Part shown: one piece after another, positions 9,051 to 19,131 of the stretch | How the letters are laid out: each line of letters opens with the position of its first letter | Numbering within the stretch: the first letter of the stretch is position 1 | Source of the DNA: an uncultured Enterovirga sp. | GTDB taxonomy: Bacteria > Pseudomonadota > Alphaproteobacteria > Rhizobiales > Beijerinckiaceae | DNA length: 64,000 nucleotides | Assembly: GCF_964242715.1 (NCBI RefSeq) | Contig: NZ_CAXTAZ010000011.1 | Coordinates: forward strand, 24,593 to 88,592 | Direction: 5' to 3' | Notes under the pieces: model-generated | What the model was told of the DNA's origin: nothing | Databases searched by the model: none | What the model saw: the letters and a program-made list of their open reading frames with translations, nothing else | Made by a program: the position numbers and the translations under genes

Positions 9051-9938
9051 GTGATGCTGGGTTCGACGAGCCATCAGGGACTGGACCCGCCCCCGCTCGG
9101 CGAGGTGACGCCGCCGCCGGAGAACCGGCGTTCTCTCAGGTTCGACGGCGGCCTCTTCCAGGCCGCCGATCGTCCGCTCACGGCCGAGGTCGAGGGCACG
9201 ATCCGGCCGACGGCGCCGCTCCTCATGGTCACCCTACGGGGCGGCGCCGAGCGCCACCAATTGACGACCGCGGAGGGGTTGCGTTTCGACGGTGCCGACC
9301 GGGCCGGAATGGCTTCATATCTTCCCGCGCATTGCGAGCGGCGGCTCAGGTTGCGGAATGTTGCGTGGGGCTGGGCATCCATATCGCTGCCGGTAGCCGA
9401 GATGAATTCCGGACTCGCTCGCGTGGGGCCGTTCTGCGGCATTCGCGATCCCGTGATCCACGGCATCCTGGCCGAGATGGAGCGCCTTCACACCGCCGAC
9501 GGCGCGCTGCAGCCTGAATATTGCGAGACCGCCGCTCGCATGCTCGCCGCCTATGTGGCCGGCCGCTTCGGCAACATGCCCCCGCGCCAGCCCGGCCACC
9601 CGACCCGCCTGACGGCGCGGCAGATCTCCAGGATCGAGGCCTATGTGGAGGCCCATCTCGACGGTCCGGTGCGGGTTTCCGCGCTCGCGGGCCTGCTCGG
9701 AATCTCCGAGGGCCATTTCCACCGGGCCTTCCGGACGACGACGGGCGAGGCGCCCCTCGCCTTTGTCGGCCGGCGACGGATCGAGCGCGCGATCGGTTTG
9801 ATGCAGAATCCTCGGCTCGGCCTGACGGAGATCGCCGCGGAGGTCGGTTTCGCGAGCCCGTCCGCCTTCGCCCGGCAATTTCGCGCCCTGACCGAGTTCT
9901 CGCCGTCGGCCTATCGTCGCCGTCTCCTCGACAGCTAG
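9051..9938 (+). CDS. AraC-family transcriptional regulator
   Basis: C-terminal double HTH: VSALAGLLGISEGHFHRAFRTTTGEAPLAFVGRRRIERAIGLM...LTEIAAEVGFASPSAFARQFRALTEFSPSAYRR. Start is GTG 9051 or ATG 9054. Confidence 0.9.
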   Translation: MMLGSTSHQGLDPPPLGEVTPPPENRRSLRFDGGLFQAADRPLTAEVEGTIRPTAPLLMVTLRGGAERHQLTTAEGLRFDGADRAGMASYLPAHCERRLRLRNVAWGWASISLPVAEMNSGLARVGPFCGIRDPVIHGILAEMERLHTADGALQPEYCETAARMLAAYVAGRFGNMPPRQPGHPTRLTARQISRIEAYVEAHLDGPVRVSALAGLLGISEGHFHRAFRTTTGEAPLAFVGRRRIERAIGLMQNPRLGLTEIAAEVGFASPSAFARQFRALTEFSPSAYRRRLLDS

Positions 9939-9990
9939 GCCCCGTTCGCCAGCGGGTGGATTTGCAGGACCCTCGAGGCCCGGCCGAAAC

Positions 9991-11073
9991 TCACCCCATC
10001 CCCTCGGCGGCAAGCAGTTCGGCCTGGTGCTCGCGCATCAGGGCGTCGACGACCTCGTCGAGCGCGGTTCCGGCCATCACCTCCTCGAGCTTGTACAAGG
10101 TGAGATTGATGCGGTGGTCGGTGAGCCGGCCTTGCGGGAAGTTGTAGGTGCGGATGCGCTCGGACCGGTCGCCCGAGCCGACCTGCGACTTGCGGTCGGC
10201 CGCCCGGGCGGCGTCCTTGCGGGTGCGCTCCTGGTCGTAGAGCCGGGCACGGAGGAGCCCCATGGCCCGGGCCCGGTTCTTGTGCTGCGAGCGCTCGTCC
10301 TGGACGAAGACCACGGTGCCGGTCGGCACGTGGGTCATCCGCACGGCGGATTCCGTCTTGTTGACATGCTGCCCGCCTGCGCCCTGGGCTCGCATCGTCT
10401 CGATCTTGAGGTCGGCCTCGTTGATCGCGATGTCGACCTCCTCGGCCTCCGGCAGCACGGCGACGGTCGCGGCGGAGGTGTGGATGCGGCCCGAGGCCTC
10501 GGTATCCGGCACGCGCTGCACGCGGTGCACGCCCGATTCGAATTTGAGCTTGGCGAAGACGCCGCGACCCTTGATCTCGGCCACGAGCTCCTTGTAGCCG
10601 CCGGCCGTTCCCTCGCTCTCCGTCATCACCTCGACGCGCCAGCCCTTCAGTTCGGCGTAGCGGGCATACATGCGGAAGAGGTCGCCCGCGAAAAGCGCGG
10701 CCTCGTCGCCGCCGGTGCCGGCCCGGATCTCCAGGATCGCACTCCGCTCGTCCGCCGCATCCTTCGGCAGAAGGAGAAGGTTCAGGGCCGAGCCTGCCTC
10801 CTCTACGGCCGCCTCGGCCGCCGGGCGCTCGTCCTCGGCCAGCGCCCGCATCTCGGCGTCGAGGCCCGCCTCCTCGATCATCGCGTCGAGACCGGCGAGT
10901 TCGTCCCGGGCGGCGCGATACGCCCGCACCGCCTCGACCACGGGGCCGAGTTCGGCGAGTTCGCGCGACAGCGCCACGAAGGCTTCGGGTTCCGGCGCCC
11001 CGTTCAGCGTCGCGGTGACGATCGCATGCCGGGCCAGGATCGCGTCGAGCTTGTCGCGCGGGGGTGCCGCCAT
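9991..11073 (-). CDS. prfA: Peptide chain release factor 1
   Basis: The 9991..11337 ORF trimmed to ATG 11073, which overlaps the ptsP stop by 1 nt. Contains [21 protein letters not shown], the GGQ motif ([15 protein letters not shown]), and [14 protein letters not shown]. Confidence 0.95.
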   Translation of the reverse strand: MAAPPRDKLDAILARHAIVTATLNGAPEPEAFVALSRELAELGPVVEAVRAYRAARDELAGLDAMIEEAGLDAEMRALAEDERPAAEAAVEEAGSALNLLLLPKDAADERSAILEIRAGTGGDEAALFAGDLFRMYARYAELKGWRVEVMTESEGTAGGYKELVAEIKGRGVFAKLKFESGVHRVQRVPDTEASGRIHTSAATVAVLPEAEEVDIAINEADLKIETMRAQGAGGQHVNKTESAVRMTHVPTGTVVFVQDERSQHKNRARAMGLLRARLYDQERTRKDAARAADRKSQVGSGDRSERIRTYNFPQGRLTDHRINLTLYKLEEVMAGTALDEVVDALMREHQAELLAAEGMG

Positions 11074-13358
11074 CAGAGCGGAATCCCGTGTGCGCCGGCG
11101 AAGTTCGCGAGCGCCGCCCGCAGCGTTTCCGGCCGGGCGCCGCCTGTGGCCGGATCCGTCCCGGCGAGTGCCGCATCCAAGAGGGACGCGAGCGGTCCCG
11201 TGTCGAGCGCCAGCAGCATGGCCTTCACGGGCCCGACCGCCGCCGCCGACATGGACAGGCGCCGGAAGCCGAGGCCGATCAGCGCCATGGCGGAGATCGG
11301 CCGGCCGGCCATCTCGCCGCAGACCGTGACCGGGCAATCGGCAGCGTCTGCCTCGGCCGCGATCCGGCGGAGCGCCCGCAGGGCGGGCAGGCTCAGCGGG
11401 TCGAAGCGGCCGGAGACGAGCTTGTTGTCCCGGTCGGCCGCGAACAGGAACTGCATGAGGTCGTTCGAGCCGATCGACAGGAAGTCGGCCTCCCGGGCGA
11501 TTCCGTCGAGGTCGAACAGGAGCGAGGGCACCTCGACCATGGCGCCGAGGGAGATCTCGGCCGGCAGCGGGTGGCCGGTGCGACGCAGATACCCGACCTC
11601 GCCCTCGACCAGGAGCCGCGCGCGCCGATACTCGTCCGTGGTTGCGACCATCGGGAACATGAGGCGGAGATGCCGCCCGGACGCCGCCTTTAGGAGGGCG
11701 CGGGCCTGGATGCGCAGGAGGGCCGGACGGTCGAGTGCGATGCGGATCGCCCGCCAGCCGATCGCCGGGTTCTCCTCGTCCACCCGCGGCATGTAGGGCA
11801 GCAGCTTGTCACCGCCGATATCGAGCGATCGGAAGGTGACCGGCCGGTCGTCCATCACGGCGAACACGTCGGCATAGAGCGCCTGCTGTTCCTTCGCCGA
11901 CGGCATGCGCTCGGCGATCATGAACTGGAGCTCGGTGCGGAACAGCCCGACACCGGCCGCCCCCGTCTCGGCGACATGCGGCAGGTCGACGAGGAGGCCG
12001 GCATTCAGCTGAAGCGAGATCTCGACTGCGTCTCGCGTGACCGAGGGGACGTCGCGAAGCTGACGGTACTGCTCCTGTCGCCGAGCCCGGAGCCGGGCCT
12101 TGCCGGCATAGGCGGCCTCGACATCCGGCGGCGGCCGGACCTGCACGTCGCCCGTATCGCCGTCGACGATGATGCCGTCGCCCGTCTCGACGAGCGAGCT
12201 CGCATTCTCGACCGCGCTCACGACCGGGATGTTCAGCGCCCGGGCCACGATCGCGATGTGGCTCGTCTGGCCGCCCTCCTCCAGCACGAGGCCGCGGAGG
12301 CGGGAGCGATCGTAATCGAGGAGCGCGGCCGGCCCCATCATGCGGGCGACCAGGATCGCGTTGTCCGGCAGCACGTCCCGGGAGGCGACGAGGTCGCGCC
12401 CGACGAGCCGGTGCAGGAGGCGATTTGCGAGATCGTCGAGGTCGTGCAGCCGCTCGCGCAGATAGGGGTCCGTCGAACGCATCATACGGGCGCGGCTGTC
12501 CGACTGCACCCGCTCGACCGCGGCCTCGGCCGTGATGCCCGTCCGGACGGCGTCCCGCATGCGGCGGAGCCAGCCCTGGTCGTGGGCGAACATCCGGAAG
12601 GTCTCGAGCACGTCGCGGTGGTCGCCCTGATGGGCGATGTCGCCACGCTCCAGCATCTCGTCGATCGACGACCGGACCTCGCGGATCGCCGCGTCGAGCC
12701 GGGCGATCTCGGCATCGAGGTCGGAGGCGATGATGTTGCGCACGATCACGCGCGGCTCGTGCAGCACGACGTAGCCGAGGCCGAGCCCGTCCGCGAGCGG
12801 CAGGCCCCGGCAATGGAGGGGCCGCCGGGCCGCGGTCTCGGAGCCCGGCTCGCCGAGCGCCACGAGTTCGCCCGAGGCGATCAGCTCGGCCAGCACCATC
12901 GAGGTCGTCTGGAGAGCCTCGACCTCCTCCTCGGTATAGATTCGCCGGGCGGCGTTCTGGACGACCAGGACGCCGAGCGTGTTGCCGGCGCGGAGCACCG
13001 GCACGCCGAGGAAGCCGTGATAGGCCTCCTCTCCGGTCTCGGGACGGTAGGAGAAGGCCAGATGGGTCTGGGCGTCCGAGAGCGCGAGCGGCTCGGCATT
13101 TTCCGCGATCAGCCCGACGAGACCCTCGCCGGCCCGCATCTTGGTGAGATGCACGGCCTCCCGGTTGAGGCCCTCGGTCGCGTAGAGTTCGAGCGCGTTG
13201 TCGGCCCGCATCACGTAGAGCGAGCAGACCTCGGACACCATGTTGGCCGCGATCAGGACGACGATCCGGTCGAGGCGCGTCTGTGCGGCCACCGGCTCCG
13301 CCATGACCTCGCGGAGGCGGCGCAGGAGTACGCGCGGGCCGCCCGGAGCACCTGGCAT
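11073..13358 (-). CDS. ptsP: Phosphoenolpyruvate-protein phosphotransferase PtsP (EI-Ntr) with an N-terminal GAF domain
   Basis: ATG 13358 follows AGGAAG. A GAF-like N-terminus is followed by EI motifs: [19 protein letters not shown] and [10 protein letters not shown]. Confidence 0.95.
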   Translation of the reverse strand: MPGAPGGPRVLLRRLREVMAEPVAAQTRLDRIVVLIAANMVSEVCSLYVMRADNALELYATEGLNREAVHLTKMRAGEGLVGLIAENAEPLALSDAQTHLAFSYRPETGEEAYHGFLGVPVLRAGNTLGVLVVQNAARRIYTEEEVEALQTTSMVLAELIASGELVALGEPGSETAARRPLHCRGLPLADGLGLGYVVLHEPRVIVRNIIASDLDAEIARLDAAIREVRSSIDEMLERGDIAHQGDHRDVLETFRMFAHDQGWLRRMRDAVRTGITAEAAVERVQSDSRARMMRSTDPYLRERLHDLDDLANRLLHRLVGRDLVASRDVLPDNAILVARMMGPAALLDYDRSRLRGLVLEEGGQTSHIAIVARALNIPVVSAVENASSLVETGDGIIVDGDTGDVQVRPPPDVEAAYAGKARLRARRQEQYRQLRDVPSVTRDAVEISLQLNAGLLVDLPHVAETGAAGVGLFRTELQFMIAERMPSAKEQQALYADVFAVMDDRPVTFRSLDIGGDKLLPYMPRVDEENPAIGWRAIRIALDRPALLRIQARALLKAASGRHLRLMFPMVATTDEYRRARLLVEGEVGYLRRTGHPLPAEISLGAMVEVPSLLFDLDGIAREADFLSIGSNDLMQFLFAADRDNKLVSGRFDPLSLPALRALRRIAAEADAADCPVTVCGEMAGRPISAMALIGLGFRRLSMSAAAVGPVKAMLLALDTGPLASLLDAALAGTDPATGGARPETLRAALANFAGAHGIPL

Positions 13359-13428
13359 CGATCTTCCTGTGAGCGGGATGTGGCGGCTTGTCCTGTGCCG
13401 CCGCGAGTCCCCCGACTCCTGGCCCGTT

Positions 13429-14667
13429 TCAGGCCTTATCGAGGCCGTATAGCGAGTGGAGCGTCCGGACCGCAAGCTCGGTATAGGCGGCGTCGATCAG
13501 CACCGAGAACTTGATCTCGGAGGTCGTGATCGCCCGGATGTTGATGCCCTTTTCGGCGAGCGCCTTGAAGGCCCGGGAGGCGACGCCTGCATGCGAGCGC
13601 ATGCCGACGCCGATCGCCGACACCTTCACGACGTCTGTCGCACCCTGGATCACGGCCGCTCCGATCGCCTCCTTGTTCGCCTCGAGGAGCGCGCGCGAGC
13701 GGTCGTAATCGGCGGTCGGGACGGTGAAGGTGATGTCGGTCGTGGCCGCGTCGTCGGACACGACCTGGATGATCATGTCCACATTCACATTCGCGTCCGC
13801 GAGCGGACCGAAGATCGCGGCCGCGACGCCCGGCTTGTCGGCCACGCGCCGCAGCGTGATCTGGGCTTCGTCGCGCGAAAAGGCGATGCCGGTGACGACG
13901 GGGTGTTCCACGATATCCTCCTCGTCGCAGATCAGGGTGCCGGGATTGGGGTGGTCGGGATCGTCGAAGGACGAGCGCACATAGGTCGGGACCCGGTGCA
14001 CCATGGCGAGCTCGACCGAGCGGACCTGGAGCACCTTGGCCCCGAGGGATGCCATCTCCAGCATCTCCTCGAAGGCGACGCGGTCCAGGCGCTGCGCGCG
14101 CGGCACGATGCGGGGATCGGTCGTGTAGACGCCGTCCACGTCCGTATAGATGTCGCAGCGCTCCGCCTTGAGCGCGGCCGCGAGCGCGACCGCGCTCGTA
14201 TCCGATCCGCCGCGCCCGAGCGTCGCGAGCCGGCCGGTCTCGGCATGGACGCCCTGGAAGCCCGACACGACGGCGATCTCCCGCGCGGCCTCGAACCGGT
14301 CGAGGATGCCGGCGCCGTCAATCGAGACGATGCGGGCCGAGCCATGCTGGTCGGAGGTCTGGATCGGGATCTGCCAGCCCTGCCAGGACCGCGCCGGAAG
14401 GCCGGCCTGCTGCAGGACGATCGCCAGCAGCCCCGACGTCACCTGCTCGCCCGACGCCACGACCGCGTCGTATTCGGCCGGATCAGCGAGCGCGCCGGCC
14501 TCCTTGACCCAGCCGACGAGCTCGTTCGTCTTCCCGGCCATGGCCGAGACGACGACAGCGACGTCGTAGCCGGCCCGCACCTCGCGGGCGACGTGGCGGG
14601 CGACGTTGCGGAGACGCTCGACCGTCGCGACCGAGGTGCCGCCGAACTTCATCACGAGGCGGGGCAT
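13429..14667 (-). CDS. lysC: Aspartate kinase
   Basis: 412 aa. MKFGGTSVATVERL..., VVVSAMAGKTNELV, and C-terminal ACT repeats. Confidence 0.95.
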   Translation of the reverse strand: MPRLVMKFGGTSVATVERLRNVARHVAREVRAGYDVAVVVSAMAGKTNELVGWVKEAGALADPAEYDAVVASGEQVTSGLLAIVLQQAGLPARSWQGWQIPIQTSDQHGSARIVSIDGAGILDRFEAAREIAVVSGFQGVHAETGRLATLGRGGSDTSAVALAAALKAERCDIYTDVDGVYTTDPRIVPRAQRLDRVAFEEMLEMASLGAKVLQVRSVELAMVHRVPTYVRSSFDDPDHPNPGTLICDEEDIVEHPVVTGIAFSRDEAQITLRRVADKPGVAAAIFGPLADANVNVDMIIQVVSDDAATTDITFTVPTADYDRSRALLEANKEAIGAAVIQGATDVVKVSAIGVGMRSHAGVASRAFKALAEKGINIRAITTSEIKFSVLIDAAYTELAVRTLHSLYGLDKA

Positions 14668-14798
14668 CGGCTGCTGACGGGCTTTCGAAGGTTGCCGACG
14701 CGGGCGGGTGTCGATCGGCCGGCCGGTATCAAGTAAGGTCGCGGGATGTCAACGCAGCGCGAGCCACAACTCCGGAGAGCGGCCTCCCCCTCGCCCTG

Positions 14799-14821
14799 CC
14801 CTCACCCCGACGGGGAGAGGG
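14799..14821. repeat. Short REP-like hairpin (CCCTCACCCC-GAC-GGGGAGAGGG)
   Basis: 10-bp stem with one mismatch in the lysC/ubiG divergent intergenic region. Same TCNCCCC..GGGGAGA family as 946-968. Confidence 0.5.
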
Positions 14822-14864
14822 TTCTCGGTCGAGTCTCCCCGGCACATCCCGATGGTGGTGGCGC

Positions 14865-15617
14865 ATGATGACGGGAGCAGCGCGAACGTCCTCGGTCGAC
14901 CCGGCCGAAATCGCCAAGTTCGACCGCATCGCGCGGGATTGGTGGGACCCGAACGGCCCGATGCGGCCGCTGCACCGGATCAATCCGGTGCGGCTCCGTT
15001 GGCTGCGCGAGGAGGCCTGCCGGCATTTTTCGCGCGACGCGAGGGTTGCCTTCCCGTTCGAGGGCCTCGACGTGCTCGATGTCGGCTGCGGGGCCGGATT
15101 GCTGTCCGAACCGCTGGCGCGGCTCGGCGGCGCCGTCGTGGCCCTCGATCCCGCCCGGGCCAATATCGAGGCGGCGCGCCGGCATGCCGAGGCCGGCGGG
15201 CTCGCGATCGACTACCGGGCGGAGACGGTCGAGGCCGTGGCCGGACGGGGCGAGCGCTACGATCTCGTCGTCGCCATGGAGGTGGTGGAACACGTGGCCG
15301 ATGTGGACGCCTTCGTCGGCGCCTGCGCGGCGGCGTTGCGTCCGGATGGCCTTCTCCTCATGGCCACGATCAATCGGACGCTGCGATCCTTCGCGCTCGC
15401 CATCGTCGGCGCGGAATACGTGCTGCGCTGGCTTCCGCGCGGCACCCACGATTGGGAGAGATTCGTCACCCCGGACGAGCTCCGCCGCGCCACGCTCCGG
15501 GCCGGCCTTGCGGGTTTTGGCACCCGCGGCATGATGTTCAACCCGCTCGCCGACGAGTGGCGCCTCGTCTCCGACACGGCCGTGAACTATCTCGCGGCGG
15601 CCACGAAGGCGGGGTGA
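14865..15617 (+). CDS. ubiG: Bifunctional ubiquinone biosynthesis O-methyltransferase UbiG
   Basis: EIAKFDRIARDWWDPNGPMRPLHRINPVRL and the SAM motif VLDVGCGAGLLSEPLARLG. Confidence 0.9.
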   Translation: MMTGAARTSSVDPAEIAKFDRIARDWWDPNGPMRPLHRINPVRLRWLREEACRHFSRDARVAFPFEGLDVLDVGCGAGLLSEPLARLGGAVVALDPARANIEAARRHAEAGGLAIDYRAETVEAVAGRGERYDLVVAMEVVEHVADVDAFVGACAAALRPDGLLLMATINRTLRSFALAIVGAEYVLRWLPRGTHDWERFVTPDELRRATLRAGLAGFGTRGMMFNPLADEWRLVSDTAVNYLAAATKAG

Positions 15618-15651
15618 TGCCTTCCATCCACGGCCTGCGCGGAAATCGGGG

Positions 15652-16074
15652 ATGATTGCCGTCACCCCTCGCATCCAGCTCCACGACGACGAAATCGGCG
15701 AGACCTTCGTGCGGGCCTCGGGGCCCGGAGGTCAGAACGTCAACAAGGTCTCGACCGCCGTCGAGCTGCGATTCGACGCGGCCGGCTCGCCGAACCTGCC
15801 CGACGGCGTGAAGCTGCGGCTGCGCGGGCTCGCCGGACGTCGCATGACGCAGGACGGCGTCATCGTCATCGACGCCCAGCGCTTCCGCACCCGCGAGCGC
15901 AACCGCGCCGACGCGCTCGAGCGGCTGGTCGAGCTGATCCGGGCCGCGACGATCGTGCCGAAGGTCCGTCGCCCGACCCGGCCGACGCTCGGCTCGAAGG
16001 AACGTCGGCTCGTCGGCAAGGAGAAGAGGGGGCGGGTAAAAGCGCTGCGGTCAGGCCGACCGGGGGACGATTAG
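15652..16074 (+). CDS. arfB: Alternative ribosome-rescue factor ArfB (class I release-factor-like peptidyl-tRNA hydrolase)
   Basis: 140 aa. GGQ motif (ASGPGGQNVNKVSTAV) and a basic C-terminal tail (KERRLVGKEKRGRVKALR). Confidence 0.9.
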   Translation: MIAVTPRIQLHDDEIGETFVRASGPGGQNVNKVSTAVELRFDAAGSPNLPDGVKLRLRGLAGRRMTQDGVIVIDAQRFRTRERNRADALERLVELIRAATIVPKVRRPTRPTLGSKERRLVGKEKRGRVKALRSGRPGDD

Positions 16075-16178
16075 CGCGTTCGTGCTGAAACGGGCGATCC
16101 CGTCCTGGTCCACGAACGGCGTGGACGAGAAGCTCGGTCGCCATCGACCGAGTCCTCGTCTTGGCTTCTTCAGTCGAA

Positions 16179-16516
16179 TCAGCAGCGGTCGTAGGTCGTC
16201 ACCTGGCCGCGCATCCGCCTGTCGCGAAGCATGAGGCGGTTCGGACCTGCCATCCGGATGGTACCCGAAGTCGTGTAACGTCCCGTGTCGTCGCTGCACT
16301 GCGCGACATAGGTGTAGGTCGCCCCGTCCTGGCGCGAGAGGCTGGTGAAGCGGCAAATGCCATTCGCAGCAAGCTCGTTCATCTGCGTCGCGCTCAATCT
16401 CATGCCGTACTCGCAGAGGTTGTCGCCCTCGCGCCAGCTGCCCTCGAACGGTAGGTCTGGCCTACCGCCGGACCGGACATCGCGAGCAGAACGAGCAGCA
16501 GGAGATCACGACGCAC
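16179..16516 (-). pseudogene. Small Cys-containing secreted protein, apparently split by a frameshift between the signal peptide and the mature part. Alternatively a leaderless 74-aa ORF 16179..16403.
   Basis: GTG 16516, after GGAAGGAAAGG, opens VRRDLLLLVLLAMSGPAVGQ..., which stops at 16400. The other frame is open from about 16507 and reads ...LPFEGSWREGDNLCEYGMRLSATQMNELAANGICRF...VAQCSDD...TYDRC, with no start codon before ATG 16403. Confidence 0.4.
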
Positions 16517-16598
16517 GGCCTTTCCTTCCCATGAACGGCCAAGATTAACGGCGACGAATGCGGCGCGAAAGAGTGTCTTACAGACGTGGCCGGTCGCC

Positions 16599-19001
16599 TC
16601 AGCCGACGCGGCGGAGATGCCGGATCGGCCGGCCGGGCGCGATCGCCTCGGCGGCCCTCGCGATGCCCTCGGCGTCGATGCCGTAATGGCGGAACAGGTC
16701 GTCGATCGTCCCGGTCTGCCCGAAGCGCTCGACGCCGAGCGCCCGGACCCGGTGACCGGCCACCGAGCCGAGCCAGGACAGGGTCGCCGGATGGCCGTCG
16801 AGCACCGTGACGAGCCCGCAATTCCGCGGCACCTCGGCGAGAAGCCGCTCCACATGCGAGCGGGCGCCGACAAAGCCGCGCTCGCGGGCGCGGGTCGCGG
16901 CGTTCCAGCCCGCATGGAGGCGGTCCGCGGAGGTGACGGCGAGGAGCCCGACGTCGCGGCGGTCCTCGCTCATCAGGCCCACGGCAGCGATCGCCTCCGG
17001 GGCCGGCGTGCCCTGGTAGGCCACGACGACCTCGGCATTGGGGCCGGGTTTCCGCATCCAATAGGCGCCGGCGATGATGCCAACGGCGAGGTCGCCATTC
17101 ATCTCGCGCTGCGGCTGGGCGAGGCTCCGGGTCGAGAGCCGGAGATAGACGGAGCCGCCTGCCGCATCCGGATCGTCCAGCGGCCCGGCATCGGGTCCGG
17201 CCTCGCGCTGCATGTGCTGGAAGGCCCACCGCATTGCGACCGAGAGTTCGTCGACGAAGGCCGGCTCGAACGAGGCGAGCCCGTCTTGCGCCATCCCGAT
17301 CAGCGGCGTCCCGATAGACTGGTGCGCCCCGCCCTCCGGCGCCAGCGCCACGCCGGACGGGGTCGCGACGAGCAGGAAGCGGGCATCCTGGTAGCAGGCG
17401 TAGTTCAGGGCATCGAGGCCGCGCGAGATGAACGGGTCGTAGAGCGTCCCGACCGGCAGCAGGCGCGCGCCGAAGAGCGAACGCGACAGGCCAAGCGCTG
17501 ACAGCATCAGGAACAGGTTCATCTCGGCGATGCCGAGTTCCATGTGCTGGCCCTTCGGCCCGAAATCCCAGGAGAAGGTCGACGGAATGCGCTCGGACCG
17601 GAACAGGTCCTTCATCTCGGCCCGGGCGAAAAGTCCGCGCCGGTTCACGAAGGGTCCTAGATTGGTCGAGACGGTGACGTCGGGCGAGGTCGTGACGATG
17701 CGGTCGGCGAAGTCCGAATCGGCCCGGGCGAGATCGTTCAGGATCAGCCCGAAACCCTGCTGGGTGGAGATCGAGGGCTGGGTCGGGACCGGAAAGGTCT
17801 CTGGCACCGGGATGACCGGCGCGGCGAACCGGCGCGGCCCTTCGCGGAAGAACGGCACCTCGGCCAGGAACCGCTCGTAATCGGCCGGGTCGCCCGGCAG
17901 GCCCTCGAACCGGTCCCATTCGTGGCCGGGCCGGACCTTCATGCCGGCCTGGAAACCCTCGAGCTGGGTCGGGGTGAGGAGGCCCGCATGGTTGTCCTTG
18001 TGCCCGGCGAGGGGCAGCCCGAAACCCTTGATCGTGTAGGCGATGAAGACGACCGGCCGGTCGTGGTCGATGCGCTCGAAGGCCTGGATCAGGTTCGGCA
18101 GGTCGTGGCCGCCGAGATTCGACATCAGCGCCTGGAGTTCGTCGTCGCTCCTGCGCTCGATCAGGGCCGTGACAGCGCCCTGGTCGCCGAGATCGTCCAT
18201 GAGGCGACGCCGCCAAGCCGCGCCGCCCTGGAAGGTGAGGGCGGAATAGAGCTGGTTCGGGCAGGTATCGATCCAGGTCCGGAGCCGCTCGCCGCCCGGC
18301 TCGGCGAAGGCGGCGTCCTGGAGCGAGCCGTATTTCAGCACGACGACGTCCCAACCGAAGGCGGCGAAGATCGCCTCGAACCGGTCGAACAGCCCCTCGC
18401 GCACCACGGCGTCGAGGCTCTGGCGGTTGTAGTCGATGATCCACCAGGTGTTGCGGAGGCCCTGTTTCCAGCCCTCCAGCAGCGCCTCGAAGATGTTGCC
18501 CTCGTCCATCTCGGCATCGCCGACCAGCGCGATCATGCGGCCCTCGGGCCGGTCGCCGGCCCAGCCGTGGGAATGGACGTAATCCTGGACGAGGCTCGCG
18601 AAGAGCGTCTGGGCGACGCCGAGCCCGACCGAGCCGGTCGAGAAATCGACGTCGTCGGTGTCCTTGGTGCGGGACGGATAGGATTGCGCGCCCCCATAGG
18701 CCCGGAAGGCTTCCAGCTTCTCCCGGGTCTGGCGGCCGAAGAGGTATTGGATCGCGTGGAAGACCGGGCTCGCATGCGGCTTCACGGCGACCCGGTCCTG
18801 CGGCCGCAGCACCGCCAGGTAGAGCGCCGTCAGGATGGTGGAGAGCGAGGCCGAGGAGGCCTGGTGGCCGCCGACCTTGAGCCCGTCGCTCGAGGACCGG
18901 ACGTGGTTCGCGTGATGGATCGTCCAGGTCGAGAGCCAGAGGATCTTGCGCCCGAGTTCGCGCAGGATCGGGAAACGCGGATCGGCTTCGTTCTTGGACA
19001 T
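16599..19001 (-). CDS. Thiamine-diphosphate-dependent 2-oxoacid dehydrogenase E1 component, homodimeric AceE-like type
   Basis: 800 aa. GGHQASSASLSTILTALYL, the ThDP motif GDAEMDEGNIFEAL...IIDYNRQSLD, and transketolase-like central and C-terminal regions. Confidence 0.85.
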   Translation of the reverse strand: MSKNEADPRFPILRELGRKILWLSTWTIHHANHVRSSSDGLKVGGHQASSASLSTILTALYLAVLRPQDRVAVKPHASPVFHAIQYLFGRQTREKLEAFRAYGGAQSYPSRTKDTDDVDFSTGSVGLGVAQTLFASLVQDYVHSHGWAGDRPEGRMIALVGDAEMDEGNIFEALLEGWKQGLRNTWWIIDYNRQSLDAVVREGLFDRFEAIFAAFGWDVVVLKYGSLQDAAFAEPGGERLRTWIDTCPNQLYSALTFQGGAAWRRRLMDDLGDQGAVTALIERRSDDELQALMSNLGGHDLPNLIQAFERIDHDRPVVFIAYTIKGFGLPLAGHKDNHAGLLTPTQLEGFQAGMKVRPGHEWDRFEGLPGDPADYERFLAEVPFFREGPRRFAAPVIPVPETFPVPTQPSISTQQGFGLILNDLARADSDFADRIVTTSPDVTVSTNLGPFVNRRGLFARAEMKDLFRSERIPSTFSWDFGPKGQHMELGIAEMNLFLMLSALGLSRSLFGARLLPVGTLYDPFISRGLDALNYACYQDARFLLVATPSGVALAPEGGAHQSIGTPLIGMAQDGLASFEPAFVDELSVAMRWAFQHMQREAGPDAGPLDDPDAAGGSVYLRLSTRSLAQPQREMNGDLAVGIIAGAYWMRKPGPNAEVVVAYQGTPAPEAIAAVGLMSEDRRDVGLLAVTSADRLHAGWNAATRARERGFVGARSHVERLLAEVPRNCGLVTVLDGHPATLSWLGSVAGHRVRALGVERFGQTGTIDDLFRHYGIDAEGIARAAEAIAPGRPIRHLRRVG

Positions 19002-19131
19002 GGCACTGCCTCGTTGCCGTCATCGATAGCACCAGGCGCCCGGCCATGGCAGTCCAAAAGGGGGGTTGTCGCCCGCCCGGTCTGCACGACATGAAGCTTG
19101 GAGAACACGCGAACCGGGAGACCCAAGGACC

